The notes under the pieces were generated by a model that had not been told where the DNA came from, did not search any database, and was given only the letters and a program-made list of their open reading frames with translations. A program made the position numbers and the translations under genes. 64,000 nucleotides of DNA from an uncultured Actinomycetota bacterium. Its GTDB lineage: Bacteria; Actinomycetota; Actinomycetes; DATJPE01. The stretch is taken from assembly GCA_963819985.1 (NCBI GenBank), contig CAWFYH010000005.1, forward strand, positions 531,710-595,709. The letters are read 5' to 3'. Shown here piece after piece: positions 51,542-61,705 of the stretch (positions are counted from its first letter, which is position 1; each line of letters opens with the position of its first letter).

Positions 51542-51608
51542 AGGGCCAAATCGGGGGTGCTGACGGCACCCCTGCAGGCCTCTGACCTGCAGGAATACCA
51601 TCGGCGAC

Positions 51609-51698
51609 TGGCGGTGGCGGTGGGATTTGAACCCACGGAGAGGTTGCCCCCTCACACGCTTTCGAGGCGTGCTCCTTCGGCCGCTCGGACACGCCACC
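51609..51698 (-). tRNA. tRNA-Ser(CGA)
   Basis: GGTGGCG/CGCCACC stem, CACGC-CTCGAAA-GCGTG, long variable arm, CCA. Confidence 0.97.
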
Positions 51699-51730
51699 GC
51701 CGACGAGGGTACCGGAGACGGACGGCGAGC

Positions 51731-52246
51731 TCAGGACCGAGCGGGGCCGTGGGATCCACCGCTGCGGCCGCCGCCGCCGGACTCACGTTGTTGCCCGAAC
51801 CACTCGCTCAGCACGGCTCCGCATTCGGCCTCGAGCACCCCACCGATGACCTCCGGGCGATGGTTGAGCCGGCGGTCTCGAAGCAGGTCCCACACCGATC
51901 CGGCCGCACCCGCATCCGGGTTCCACGCCCCGAAAACGACCCGGTCCACTCTGGCCAGCGTGGCAGCGCCAGCACACATCACGCAGGGTTCGAGCGTCAC
52001 GACCAAGGTGCAGCCCGACAGTCGCCAACTCTGGAGCGCCGTCGATGCTTGTCGCAGCGCCAGCACCTCCGCATGTGCAGTGGGGTCGGAGGTCAGCTCA
52101 CGGGCGTTGACGCTGCGTCCGAGGGTCGAACCTTCCGCATCGACGACTATCGCGCCGATGGGTACGTCGCCGTGCGCCGGAGCCGTACCAGCCTCGTCCA
52201 GCGCCAGGCGGACCCACTGCTCGTAGCGTGAGCGCACGATGCCCAC
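51731..52246 (-). CDS. tadA: tRNA adenosine(34) deaminase
   Basis: DVPIGA, DPTAHAE, TLEPCVMCAGA, LNHRPEV. Confidence 0.92.
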   Translation of the reverse strand: MGIVRSRYEQWVRLALDEAGTAPAHGDVPIGAIVVDAEGSTLGRSVNARELTSDPTAHAEVLALRQASTALQSWRLSGCTLVVTLEPCVMCAGAATLARVDRVVFGAWNPDAGAAGSVWDLLRDRRLNHRPEVIGGVLEAECGAVLSEWFGQQRESGGGGRSGGSHGPARS

Positions 52247-52741
52247 TCAGCCGAGAGCGTCGATGACTGACTCGAACTGGTCACCGAAGCCCAACCGTGC
52301 GGCCACCGACCCGATCTGTTCATCCGGATAGAGGTCGAGGTCCTCACACAGCATGGCCATCTCCATGGCGGGAACCCCGAGGTCTGCGAAGATGCCCAGG
52401 TCGCCGCCAGGAGTCACCTCGTCCAGCTCATCCCCCGTCGGCCGGGCGAGACCGAGGTGATTGAGGACGGCCGCTGCCAAGGGCCAGTCCTCAGCGCAGG
52501 TCACGTCCGAGAGGAGCAGGCGATCCTCGTCTGCGTGTACGCGGGCCGCCACGAAGAAGTCTTCGCCAACTGAGACGAAGCCGAGTGCACCGTCGTCGCC
52601 AGGCTGCTGACGCAGGACGTGCAGGAGGGCCGACAGTTCCTGTCCAACTGCGTTGGACAGCGGTCCCACGTGCCAGCGACCTTCCTCGCGGACCGCAACC
52701 ATCGCGAAGTCCACGCCTGAATCGTCGACCTGCCCGCTCAT
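52247..52741 (-). CDS. tRNA adenosine deaminase-associated protein
   Basis: REEGRW, LLLSD, GDLGIFADLG, YPDEQ; conserved tadA-upp context. Confidence 0.85.
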   Translation of the reverse strand: MSGQVDDSGVDFAMVAVREEGRWHVGPLSNAVGQELSALLHVLRQQPGDDGALGFVSVGEDFFVAARVHADEDRLLLSDVTCAEDWPLAAAVLNHLGLARPTGDELDEVTPGGDLGIFADLGVPAMEMAMLCEDLDLYPDEQIGSVAARLGFGDQFESVIDALG

Positions 52742-52812
52742 GGCCGCATCGTCGCAGACGGCGGAGATGATCGACAGGGCGTTGGGAAGCCGGACCGCGC
52801 TAGCCTCCCCGC

Positions 52813-53448
52813 ATGCGCACCCTCGTCGCGGACCACCCGCTCATCGCCCACAAGCTCACGACCCTGCGCGACGAACGCACGGACTCACCAACATTCCGTC
52901 GGCTCGCCGACGAGCTGGTGACGCTGCTGGCCTATGAGGCGACCCGTGAGGTTCGGACTGAACCAGTGGAGGTGACCACCCCCGTCGCCCCGGCAGTGGG
53001 GGTACGGCTCGCGTCTCCAAAACCTCTGGTGGTGCCCATCCTTCGAGCGGGGCTCGGCATGCTCGACGGAATGCAGCGGTTGCTCCCTACGGCCGAGGTG
53101 GGTTTCTTGGGGATGGTGCGCGACGAGAAGACGCTCGCCGCAACGACCTACGCCAACCGGATCCCCGAAGACCTAGCCGGCCGGCAGTGCTACGTCCTTG
53201 ATCCGATGCTCGCCACAGGCGGCACGCTCGTGGCCGCCGTACGGCTGCTGCTTGATCGCGGTGCTGCTGATGTGACCGCGGTCTGTCTGCTTGCGGCCCC
53301 GGAGGGAATGGCCCACGTCGAGGTCGAGCTCGGCGCTGACGCCCCGGTGTTCCTTGTGACGGCCGGGCTCGACGAACGGCTGAACGAGCACGGTTACATC
53401 GTCCCCGGCCTTGGCGACGCCGGCGACCGGCTCTACGGCGTCGTCTGA
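52813..53448 (+). CDS. upp: Uracil phosphoribosyltransferase
   Basis: [32 protein letters not shown]. Confidence 0.97.
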   Translation: MRTLVADHPLIAHKLTTLRDERTDSPTFRRLADELVTLLAYEATREVRTEPVEVTTPVAPAVGVRLASPKPLVVPILRAGLGMLDGMQRLLPTAEVGFLGMVRDEKTLAATTYANRIPEDLAGRQCYVLDPMLATGGTLVAAVRLLLDRGAADVTAVCLLAAPEGMAHVEVELGADAPVFLVTAGLDERLNEHGYIVPGLGDAGDRLYGVV

Positions 53449-53531
53449 CCTCGTCTTCACGCGCGAAATGTGGGGCGTTGAGCGTGGTATTCCAGACGCA
53501 ATGACGGCGTGTCGCGCGTGAAGGCGAGGTC
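53447..53531. repeat. 85-nt palindrome between convergent genes (possible bidirectional terminator / REP-like)
   Basis: GACCTCGTCTTCACGCGCGA / TCGCGCGTGAAGGCGAGGTC, 19/20 inverted repeat. Confidence 0.8.
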
Positions 53532-53540
53532 GGGCCGGGG

Positions 53541-54920
53541 CTAGAGGGACTTGAGCGCGCTGACGACCTTCGTCAGGGAGTCTTTGGCGTCGCCGAACAG
53601 GAGGGTGGTGTTCTGGTGGTACAGCAGCTCGTTCTCGATGCCGGCGAAACCCGGCCGCATCGAGCGCTTGAGGAAGATCACGTTCTGCGCGGCATCGACG
53701 TCGAGGATCGGCATCCCAGAGATCGGCGTCCCGGGGGTGCGGGCCGCCGGATTCACCACGTCGTTGGCCCCGATGACCAACACGACGTCGGTCGTGGCGA
53801 ACTGCGGGTTGACCTCGTCCATCTCCTTCAGCTGCTCGTAGGGCACGTTGGCCTCGGCCAGGAGCACGTTCATGTGTCCGGGCATCCGACCGGCAACCGG
53901 GTGGATGCCGTAGAGCACCTCGACACCGCGCTCCTGCAGCAGGTCGGCCAGCTCCCGCACCGTGTGCTGCGCCTGAGCGACCGCGAGGCCGTACCCGGGC
54001 ACCACGATCACCTTCGAGGCGTAGCCCAGCAGGATCGCCACGTCGTCGGGACTCGCCGAGCGCACCGGTCGGTCGCCGCCCACTGTCGTCGCCCCAGCGC
54101 TCGACCCGCCACGTAGGGCACCGAACAACGTCGACGTGATCGGACGCCCCATGGCCTGGGCCATCAAGCGGGTGAGGATCGTGCCGGAGGCCCCGACGAG
54201 GGTGCCGGCCACCAGCAGCAGCACGTTGCCGAGGACGTAGCCCGACGCGGCAACGGCCAGCCCCGTGAACGCATTGAGCAAGGAGATGACGATGGGGACG
54301 TCGGCACCACCGACGGGAAGCACGAACAGCACACCGGAGATCAGCGAGAGCAGCGCGACACCGGCGATGCCGTACGTCGCCGCACTCCCGACCCCGTCCT
54401 CAGTGAACACCCAGGCGGACAAGCCGATCGCGCCCACCATCGAACCAACGAACAGCACCGCATGGGCCGGCCAGACGACCGGTCGGGTCGTCATGACCTC
54501 TTGGAGCTTGAGGAACGTGACGACCGACCCTGAGAAGGAGATGGAGCCGACGACCACCGTGAACAACGAGGCCACCAAGGCGAAGCCACCGTCGGTCTTG
54601 GGGATCTCCATCGCCGCGACGATCGCTGCGGCGCCACCACCGACTCCGTTGAACAAGGCCACGAGCTGTGGCATCGCAGTCATCTGCACGCGCCGCGCAG
54701 TCGGAACAGCAACGACCGAGCCGACCACGATCGCCGCCAGGATGAGGGGCAAGTGGTTGAGGTCGTAGGCGAACAGAGTCGTGACCACGGCGAGCACGGC
54801 GCCGAAAGCACCGATCAGGTTGCCGTTGCGGGCCGTGCGGGGAGACGACAAACCCTTGAGAGCGAGGATGAAGCAGACCGCCGCGATCAGATAGGCGACA
54901 GCCACCCAGGTATCTGTCAC
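53541..54920 (-). CDS. pntB: NAD(P) transhydrogenase beta subunit
   Basis: MPQLVALFNGVGG, VPGYGLAVAQAQ, HPVAGRMPGHMNVLLAEA. Confidence 0.96.
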   Translation of the reverse strand: MTDTWVAVAYLIAAVCFILALKGLSSPRTARNGNLIGAFGAVLAVVTTLFAYDLNHLPLILAAIVVGSVVAVPTARRVQMTAMPQLVALFNGVGGGAAAIVAAMEIPKTDGGFALVASLFTVVVGSISFSGSVVTFLKLQEVMTTRPVVWPAHAVLFVGSMVGAIGLSAWVFTEDGVGSAATYGIAGVALLSLISGVLFVLPVGGADVPIVISLLNAFTGLAVAASGYVLGNVLLLVAGTLVGASGTILTRLMAQAMGRPITSTLFGALRGGSSAGATTVGGDRPVRSASPDDVAILLGYASKVIVVPGYGLAVAQAQHTVRELADLLQERGVEVLYGIHPVAGRMPGHMNVLLAEANVPYEQLKEMDEVNPQFATTDVVLVIGANDVVNPAARTPGTPISGMPILDVDAAQNVIFLKRSMRPGFAGIENELLYHQNTTLLFGDAKDSLTKVVSALKSL

Positions 54921-55202
54921 TTCTTCTTGCCCTTGAACATCTCGAGCATCCGGTCGGTGACCACGAACCCACCGACCATGTTGACAGTCGCCAGCACCAC
55001 AGCGACGAGACCGAGAGAGATCTCAGCAGCGCCCTTCGGCCTGGCCGGTGACGATGATGGCTCCCACCAAGATCACGCCGTGGATCGCGTTCGCCCCCGA
55101 CATGAGAGGGGTGTGCAAAGTGGTCGAGACCTTCGACACGACCTCGAAGCCGACAAAAACGGCGAGCACGAAGATCGTCAGCAGCGCCATCGACTCGCTC
55201 AT
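54917..55202 (-). pseudogene. pntAB: NAD(P) transhydrogenase alpha-2 subunit with a single-base frameshift (likely sequencing error)
   Basis: LHTPLMSGANAIHG then early stop; removing one base at 55032-55034 restores NMVGGFVVTDRMLEMFK. Confidence 0.88.
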
Positions 55203-56305
55203 ACGTCTACCCCTTCACGTACGGCTCCGTCTCGGGTGACCCAGCAACCCGCGACGACCTCGTCCGCCCAGTCAGGGGTCACCACACCGTCCTCGGTCAT
55301 GAGCAGCAGCAGGTCGGCGACGTTGCGCGCATACAGCCGACTCGCATCCACCGGCATCTGTGAGGGCACGTCACGTCCTCCCCAGACAATGACGCCCGCC
55401 ATGTCGACTTCCTCACCGGCCACCGACCCCTCCACGTTGCCGCCACTCTCGGCAGCAAGATCCACCACGACCGACCCCGGTCGCATCGCCTCGACCATGG
55501 CTCGCGTCACCAGCAGCGGTGCTGGGCGGCCCGGGATGGCTGCAGTGGTGATGACTGCATCGGCAGCGGCGACGTACGGCGCCAGCAGCTCGCGCTGGCG
55601 GGCGGCGCGATCCTCACCCATCTCACGGGCGTACCCTCCGGCTCCCTCGAGCGCCTCGAGATCGAGCTCGACGAACTTTGCGCCCATCGACCGCACTTCG
55701 TCGGCCGACGCCGGTCGAACGTCGTACGCCTCGACCACGGCGCCGAGGCGCTTGGCCGTGGCGATGGACTGCAGGCCGGCGACGCCCGCGCCGAGGACGA
55801 GCACCTTGGCCGGCTTGATCGTGCCCGCTGCCGTCATCAGCAGGGGGAAGAACATCGGGAGCCGATCCGCGGCTACGAGCGCAGCTCGATAGCCGGACAC
55901 CAACGCCTGCGACGTCAAGGCGTCCATCGACTGCGCCCGGGAGATGCGCGGCAACAGCTCGACCGAGAAGGCGGCAACACCGCCGTCACGCGCTGCCCTG
56001 ATCGCTTCCGCATTGGTCGAGGGGGCGAGAAAACCGATCGTCAGAGCGCCCTGCTTGAGGCGTCCGACCTGCTCGACGCTCAAGGGCGAGACATGCAGCA
56101 CGACATCTGCGTCGGCGAGCACGTCGCCGGTAATCACCGTAGCCCCGACCGCCTCGAAGGCACTGTCGGCTGCTCGTGCTGCAGCCCCCGCGCCGGCCTC
56201 CACGACCACGTCCAAGCCGGCCTTGATCAAGCGGCCGACAGATTCGGGAACGGCAGCGACCCGGAGTTCACCCGGTCGCTTCTCAGCTGGAACAACCACC
56301 TTCAC
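55199..56305 (-). CDS. pntAA: NAD(P) transhydrogenase alpha-1 subunit
   Basis: ELRVAAVP, RAQSMDALTSQ, GAGVAGLQ, DLAAESGGN; TAGGTT 7 nt before GTG 56305. Confidence 0.95.
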   Translation of the reverse strand: MKVVVPAEKRPGELRVAAVPESVGRLIKAGLDVVVEAGAGAAARAADSAFEAVGATVITGDVLADADVVLHVSPLSVEQVGRLKQGALTIGFLAPSTNAEAIRAARDGGVAAFSVELLPRISRAQSMDALTSQALVSGYRAALVAADRLPMFFPLLMTAAGTIKPAKVLVLGAGVAGLQSIATAKRLGAVVEAYDVRPASADEVRSMGAKFVELDLEALEGAGGYAREMGEDRAARQRELLAPYVAAADAVITTAAIPGRPAPLLVTRAMVEAMRPGSVVVDLAAESGGNVEGSVAGEEVDMAGVIVWGGRDVPSQMPVDASRLYARNVADLLLLMTEDGVVTPDWADEVVAGCWVTRDGAVREGVDV

Positions 56306-56437
56306 GCGCCGAAACCTAGCGAAGTGGACCACCGTGCGTGGCACCGCCCCGCCGGATCGTCTCGAATGTCAACAGCGATGGGACATACTGTCCGCAGGTG
56401 CGCGGCATCGGATCGCGCCACATGAGAGGTGTACTAC

Positions 56438-56824
56438 ATGAACGCCGGAGACTTCCTCTGGTATCTGATCGCCTTCTTCTTCTTCGTCATCTACTTCATG
56501 ATGATCTTCACGGTCATCGGTGACCTGTTCAGAAGCCCGGACATGTCCGGCTGGTGGAAGGCCATCTGGATCATCGCTTTGCTGTTCATCCCGCTCCTCA
56601 CCATGCTGGTCTACGTCATCGCCCGCGGCAGCGGCATGTCCGACCGCGCGATGGCCGCTGCACAGCACAACCAGGCGCGCCAGGTCGAGTACGCGAACCA
56701 GATCGTCGCGTCACAGGGCGGCAAGAGCGCCACAGACCAGATCGCCGACGCGAAGAAGTTGCACGATGCCGGAACGATCAACGATGAAGAGTTCGCGGCC
56801 CTCAAGGCCAAGGCTCTCGCCTGA
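56438..56824 (+). CDS. PLDc_N + SHOCT domain membrane protein
   Basis: DLFRSPDMSGWWKAIW, AKKLHDAGTINDEEFAALKAKAL. Confidence 0.88.
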   Translation: MNAGDFLWYLIAFFFFVIYFMMIFTVIGDLFRSPDMSGWWKAIWIIALLFIPLLTMLVYVIARGSGMSDRAMAAAQHNQARQVEYANQIVASQGGKSATDQIADAKKLHDAGTINDEEFAALKAKALA

Positions 56825-56838
56825 TCAGCAGTACGGCT

Positions 56839-57594
56839 ATGACCGGGGCGGTCGACCTCTCGAGGTCGGCCGCCCTTGTCACGGGCGGCGCCGACGGGAT
56901 CGGCGCCGCCACCGTCAGGGCGCTACGCGCCGCGGGCTGCCAGGTAGCCATCGCCGATGTCGACGTCGACCGGGGTTCGGCCCTGGCCGCTGAGGTCGAC
57001 GCCTCCTTCCTGCGCTGCGACGTGACCGACCCGGTCTCCGTGGCTCAAGCCGCCGAGGATGCTGAGGGGGCGTTCGGTCGGCTCGACCTGGTCCACCTCA
57101 ACGCAGGCGTCACCACCGACACGATGTCGGTCGAGGTGCCCGATGAGATCTACCGACGGCTCCTGGCGGTCAACGTCGATGGCGTCTTCTTCGGTCTCAG
57201 GGCAGCCCTGCCCGCGCTTCGACGCGCTGGCGGCGGCACGGTCATCGCGACCGCCTCGGTCGGAGGTCTCGCGCCCATACCGATGGACCCGGTCTACGGC
57301 CTGACCAAGCACGCCGTGATCGGCCTGGTCCGCTCGGCCGCTCCCGCCCTGGCAGCGGAGAACATCAGATTGACTGCGCTGTGCCCGGGCTTCACGGACA
57401 CGCGACTGATCGCGGACCAGCGCGATGCGGTGGCCTCGTTGGGCTTCCCCTTGATGACACCTGAGACGATCGCCTCAGCCGCTCTGCGGATGGTCGCGGA
57501 CGCGGAGCCCGGGGAGTGCTGGTTCGTCCAGGCGGGGCGCGAACCGCAGCCGTACGGCTTCCGCGGCATCCCCGGTCCGCTGACCGGCACCTGA
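56839..57594 (+). CDS. Short-chain dehydrogenase/reductase
   Basis: TGGADGIG, NAG, YGLTK, CPGFTDT. Confidence 0.92.
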   Translation: MTGAVDLSRSAALVTGGADGIGAATVRALRAAGCQVAIADVDVDRGSALAAEVDASFLRCDVTDPVSVAQAAEDAEGAFGRLDLVHLNAGVTTDTMSVEVPDEIYRRLLAVNVDGVFFGLRAALPALRRAGGGTVIATASVGGLAPIPMDPVYGLTKHAVIGLVRSAAPALAAENIRLTALCPGFTDTRLIADQRDAVASLGFPLMTPETIASAALRMVADAEPGECWFVQAGREPQPYGFRGIPGPLTGT

Positions 57595-57618
57595 CGCCCT
57601 CACGGAGCCGGTCCGGGT

Positions 57619-58287
57619 TCAGGCGTTGGCCGTGCCAGCTGTGTCGAAGGCCATGAAGCGCTGCAGCGCAGCGGCGCGCAGCCGCTCCGGAATCTCCACC
57701 GGTCCCCCGAGGCCGGACGCGTGGATGCCGGCCGCCGCCGCTTCCTCGACGACGCTGCCCGTGAGGATGGCCAGCTCCGGACTGCGGTGAAAGATCAGAA
57801 CTCCATGGTTGGCGAGCAGCACAGCCGGGACCCCCGGCAGGACAGCCGCCCGAATGCTGGCCACCGCCTCGTCGGACCCACGGGGGCCATAGGCAGCCAC
57901 CGGGACACCGTCGGGCAGGCCGAACATGGCGAGTGCCTCGATCCAACAACCGATCGGACGCTGAGCGACGGCATACGCGGTGGCGAACGGTGAATGCGTG
58001 TGCACGACGCAGCCAACGTCTGAGCGGTCCTGGTACATCGCCGTGTGCATCGCGACGACCGCACCCTGGATCGGGGGCAGATCACCCTCACGGAGCTGCC
58101 CGTCGAGACCGACCCGGACCACTGCCGAGGTCGGGTGGTCACGCAGAGACGGCGCAGCGGTGAAGTACATCTCATCGGAGCCGGGGACTCGCAGACTCAC
58201 GTTTCCGTGGCTGTTGATCGAGATCGCGCCGCTAGCGACGACGCGGCTGGCGACATCGACGACCTGCTCGACAAGGTCCTTGTCCAT
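57619..58287 (-). CDS. Class II aldolase/adducin family protein
   Basis: GNVSLR, HTHSPFATA, LLANHG. Confidence 0.9.
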   Translation of the reverse strand: MDKDLVEQVVDVASRVVASGAISINSHGNVSLRVPGSDEMYFTAAPSLRDHPTSAVVRVGLDGQLREGDLPPIQGAVVAMHTAMYQDRSDVGCVVHTHSPFATAYAVAQRPIGCWIEALAMFGLPDGVPVAAYGPRGSDEAVASIRAAVLPGVPAVLLANHGVLIFHRSPELAILTGSVVEEAAAAGIHASGLGGPVEIPERLRAAALQRFMAFDTAGTANA

Positions 58288-58365
58288 GGGTCCTCCTGCT
58301 CACTGGTGCAGCCACTATCGCCGATCCGCGGCCGGTCGGAGTGCGAACGCCAAAGGGCAGACGAC

Positions 58366-58929
58366 CTAGGTCGCGAGGTCTGGTCCCGGGACGAACGGCG
58401 CTCCATGACCCGGAACGATCAGCGCCGGCCCCAGGGCGAGCACGGACTCGCGTGAGGCTCTGAGCAGGTCCCGGTCACGAGCAAAGGGATCATCGGCCGG
58501 CCCGTCGGCCGTCCACCACAGGTGGGTGAGCACGACCAGCCCCTCGACGGTCTGGACCAGCGTCGAGAGATCCTCGTCCGTGTGCCCCGGCGTCGGCATC
58601 AGCTGCACGGACGGCCCCAGCGGCGGAGTGTCCGGCGTGCGGTCGGTCCACACGTCCGCCTCGTACGTCGCCATGAAGTCGTGCACCCGAGCATTGAGGA
58701 AAAGCGCCGCGTTGACGGTGTGGTCGGGATGGTGATGGCTGAACACCACATCGGTGACCTCCTCGGGGCGAATCCCCAGGGCGGCCAGCGGGTCCAGGAT
58801 CGCCGAGCGGTCCGCCACCATGCCCGGATCGACCACGATGACGGCCGCGCCGTCGCGGATCAGGCTGACGGTGCTGGCCACCCGATCGTCGGCGTAGCCG
58901 TCGGTGAGAACGTTCAGCTCAGCGGTCAT
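58366..58929 (-). CDS. Small MBL-fold metallo-hydrolase
   Basis: [23 protein letters not shown]. Confidence 0.88.
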   Translation of the reverse strand: MTAELNVLTDGYADDRVASTVSLIRDGAAVIVVDPGMVADRSAILDPLAALGIRPEEVTDVVFSHHHPDHTVNAALFLNARVHDFMATYEADVWTDRTPDTPPLGPSVQLMPTPGHTDEDLSTLVQTVEGLVVLTHLWWTADGPADDPFARDRDLLRASRESVLALGPALIVPGHGAPFVPGPDLAT

Positions 58930-60343
58930 GCACCGATCTTGCCGTCATCTCCCGCACCGCGGCATACCGGGCGCGCACGTCGACCGCCGGACGAGCTTCA
59001 TAGGTCCGGGCACCGGACTGCTCCCAGCCCGGCGGGTCGATAGCACCGGAGAGCACCCAGGCGGCTTGCCGCGCCGCGCCGTCGGCGACGTACTCGCCTG
59101 CCTCGGGAACCACCACCGGCCGGCCGAAGATGCTCGGAGCAATCTGCCGTACGGCCTCCGACCGCGCGCCACCACCGATGAGGAGAACCCGATCGACGAC
59201 CGCTCCCTGGACGACCAGCGCGTCCAACCCGTCGGCCAGGCCACACAACATCCCCTCGATCGCGGCGCGGGCGAGGTGCGCGGGCGTGGAAGTGCGCAAG
59301 GTCCAGCCGTGAACGGCGCCGGTTGCCTCCGGTCGGTTGGGCGTGCGCTCTCCTTCGAGGTAGGGGACGACCACGAGGCCCTCCGCGCCGGGGGGAGCCG
59401 ACAGCGCCAGGTCGGACAGCTCCGCCAGGCCCACTCCCAGGATTGTCGCCGTCGCGTCCATCACCCGGGCTGCGTTCAACGTGCAAACGAGCGGCAGGAA
59501 GCGACCGGTTGCATCGGCGAACCCAGCGACCTCTCCCGACGGGTCCGCGGAGGGAACAGTCGAGACGGCGCAGGCAACGCCAGACGTCCCCAGCGACACG
59601 ACCAGATCACCCGGGGCGGCGCCCAGGCCCAGCGCGGAGCCGGCGTTGTCGCCCGCTCCCGGCCCGAGCAACGCCCCGGCCGCCGTCCGCCCCGCCAGAT
59701 CGCGCGGACCCAGCACACGAGGCGTCACGACGTCGTGCCCGAGGGCCAGCGTGAGCAGGTCGAGGCGGTACGTCCCCGCGGCCGGCGACCAGTACCCGGT
59801 GCCGCTTGCGTCGCTGCGGTCGGTGACCAGGGAGCCCAGACTGGACGCCCCGGACAGCTTCCAGGTCAGCCAGTCGTGCGGGAGGCACACCGCCGCAGTC
59901 CGCTCGACCGACTCCGGCTCATGGTCGGCCAGCCACCGGAGCTTGGCGACCGTGAACGAGGCCACCGGAACCGACCCGACTGCGACGGACCAGGCCATCC
60001 GGCCAACAGTCGCGTCGCCGTCACCGAGCTCGTCGATGAGGTCAGTGGCAGCATCAGCGGATCGGTTGTCGTTCCACAGCAGGGCTGGACGCACCACCTC
60101 ACCCGCTTCGTCGAGGCAGACCATCCCGTGCTGCTGACCGGCGACCGAGATGGACGCGACGTCTTCGACGCCGCCCGCGTCGTCCAACGCCTCGGACAGA
60201 GCGGCCCACCAAGCGTCCGGGTGGACTTCCGTGCCGTCCGGGTGCGCGGCCCGTCCGCTGCGCACGAAGGCGCCCGAGTCCGCTTCCCGAACGACCACCT
60301 TGACCGACTGAGTCGAGGAGTCGACCCCCGCGACGAGGCTCAC
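58919..60343 (-). CDS. xylB: Xylulokinase
   Basis: [30 protein letters not shown]; downstream of xylA. Confidence 0.93.
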   Translation of the reverse strand: MSLVAGVDSSTQSVKVVVREADSGAFVRSGRAAHPDGTEVHPDAWWAALSEALDDAGGVEDVASISVAGQQHGMVCLDEAGEVVRPALLWNDNRSADAATDLIDELGDGDATVGRMAWSVAVGSVPVASFTVAKLRWLADHEPESVERTAAVCLPHDWLTWKLSGASSLGSLVTDRSDASGTGYWSPAAGTYRLDLLTLALGHDVVTPRVLGPRDLAGRTAAGALLGPGAGDNAGSALGLGAAPGDLVVSLGTSGVACAVSTVPSADPSGEVAGFADATGRFLPLVCTLNAARVMDATATILGVGLAELSDLALSAPPGAEGLVVVPYLEGERTPNRPEATGAVHGWTLRTSTPAHLARAAIEGMLCGLADGLDALVVQGAVVDRVLLIGGGARSEAVRQIAPSIFGRPVVVPEAGEYVADGAARQAAWVLSGAIDPPGWEQSGARTYEARPAVDVRARYAAVREMTARSVHDR

Positions 60344-60368
60344 GAGCGGCAGTCTGGCAGCCAGGCGA

Positions 60369-61574
60369 TCAGCGGGCGCCGAGCAGGTGCTCGACGGCCA
60401 GCTGGTCCAGCACCCCGAAGCCATACCCCTCGACGGCGCGGCCGTCTGCGTCGAAGTCTTCGAACGCCGAGCGGTCGGCGAGCAGGTCGGCGATGGACTC
60501 ACCGGCCGCGAGCGTCGGCTGGGAGAGCTCCGGCACTCGACTGGCCGCGAGGGCTGCCTGCACCTCGGGATCGGAACGGAACGCCGCCGCTCGCTCCTTC
60601 AGCAGCAGGTAGGTCTGCATGTTGGCCGCTGCTGAGGCCCAGACCCCGTCCATGTCTTCGGTGCGCAGAGGCTTGTAGTCGAAGTGCCGTGGGCCATCGT
60701 ATGAGCGGCCGCCGTCAGGGCCACCGTTCTCCAGCAGATCGACGAGGAAGAACGCGCTGAGCAGGTCGCCGTGACCAAAGACCAGGTCCTGGTCGAACTT
60801 CGGCCCGTGCTGACCGTTGAGGTCGATGTGGAACAGCTTGCCCTGCCACAAGGCCTGGGCGATCCCATGGACGAAGTTGAGGCCGGCCATCTGCTCGTGG
60901 CCCACCTCCGGATTCACGCCGACCATCTCGTGGTGCTGGAGCGTCGAGATGAATCCCAGCGCGTGCCCGATCGTCGGGAGCAGGATGTCGCCACGGGGCT
61001 CGTTCGGCTTGGGCTCCAACGCGAACCGAAGGTTGTAACCCTGCTCGACGACGTAGCCGGCCAACGTGTCGAGGCCCTCTCGGTAGCGATCGAGGGCCGC
61101 CTGAACATCCTTGGCGGAATCGGTTTCGGCGCCTTCCCGGCCACCCCAGAAGACGTACGTGCTCGCGCCAAGCTCCGCGGCCAGATCGAGGTTGCGCATC
61201 ACCTTGCGCAACGCGAACCTGCGGACGTCGCGCCGGTTCGACGTGAACGCGCCATCCTTGAAGATCGGATGGGTGAACAAGTTGGTCGTCGCCATCGGCA
61301 CGACCAACCCAGTCTCGTCCAGGGCCTTCTTGAAGCGACCGATGTACTGATCTCGCGCGACGGTGTCCGACCCGAACGGGATCAGGTCATCGTCGTGGAA
61401 CGTCACGCCGTAGGCGCCGAGCTCCGCCAGTCGGTGCACCGACTCGACCGGGTCCACCGGCGCTCGTGTCGCATCTCCGAAGGGGTCACGGGCCTGCCAG
61501 CCGATCGTCCACAGTCCGAAGGTGAATCGGTCCTCGGGGGAGGGCTTCCTGGACTGACTGGTGTGGCTGATCAT
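60369..61574 (-). CDS. xylA: Xylose isomerase (actinobacterial type)
   Basis: [48 protein letters not shown]. Confidence 0.97.
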   Translation of the reverse strand: MISHTSQSRKPSPEDRFTFGLWTIGWQARDPFGDATRAPVDPVESVHRLAELGAYGVTFHDDDLIPFGSDTVARDQYIGRFKKALDETGLVVPMATTNLFTHPIFKDGAFTSNRRDVRRFALRKVMRNLDLAAELGASTYVFWGGREGAETDSAKDVQAALDRYREGLDTLAGYVVEQGYNLRFALEPKPNEPRGDILLPTIGHALGFISTLQHHEMVGVNPEVGHEQMAGLNFVHGIAQALWQGKLFHIDLNGQHGPKFDQDLVFGHGDLLSAFFLVDLLENGGPDGGRSYDGPRHFDYKPLRTEDMDGVWASAAANMQTYLLLKERAAAFRSDPEVQAALAASRVPELSQPTLAAGESIADLLADRSAFEDFDADGRAVEGYGFGVLDQLAVEHLLGAR

Positions 61575-61610
61575 CTCGATCTCCGACCCTCATCGACTGT
61601 GGATGCCTGT

Positions 61611-61633
61611 ATTTGTTGTCTCGAGCAACATAT
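61611..61633. promoter_or_regulatory. Possible ROK/XylR operator
   Basis: ATTTGTTG-tctcgag-CAACATAT imperfect palindrome upstream of xylA. Confidence 0.45.
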
Positions 61634-61705
61634 CTGCTGAGGCCAAGATAGGACAGGGCCGCGGCATCGTCAACGAGCGGTCGGCAGCCACCCAGGTGCT
61701 CAGGG

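Larger units (their letters stand above)
49582..51632. mobile_element. Degenerate integrative islet in tRNA-Ser(CGA)
   Basis: 24-bp direct repeat TGGCGGTGGCGGTGGGATTTGAAC at 49582-49605 and 51609-51632; integrase remnant; arm-type repeats. Confidence 0.88.
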
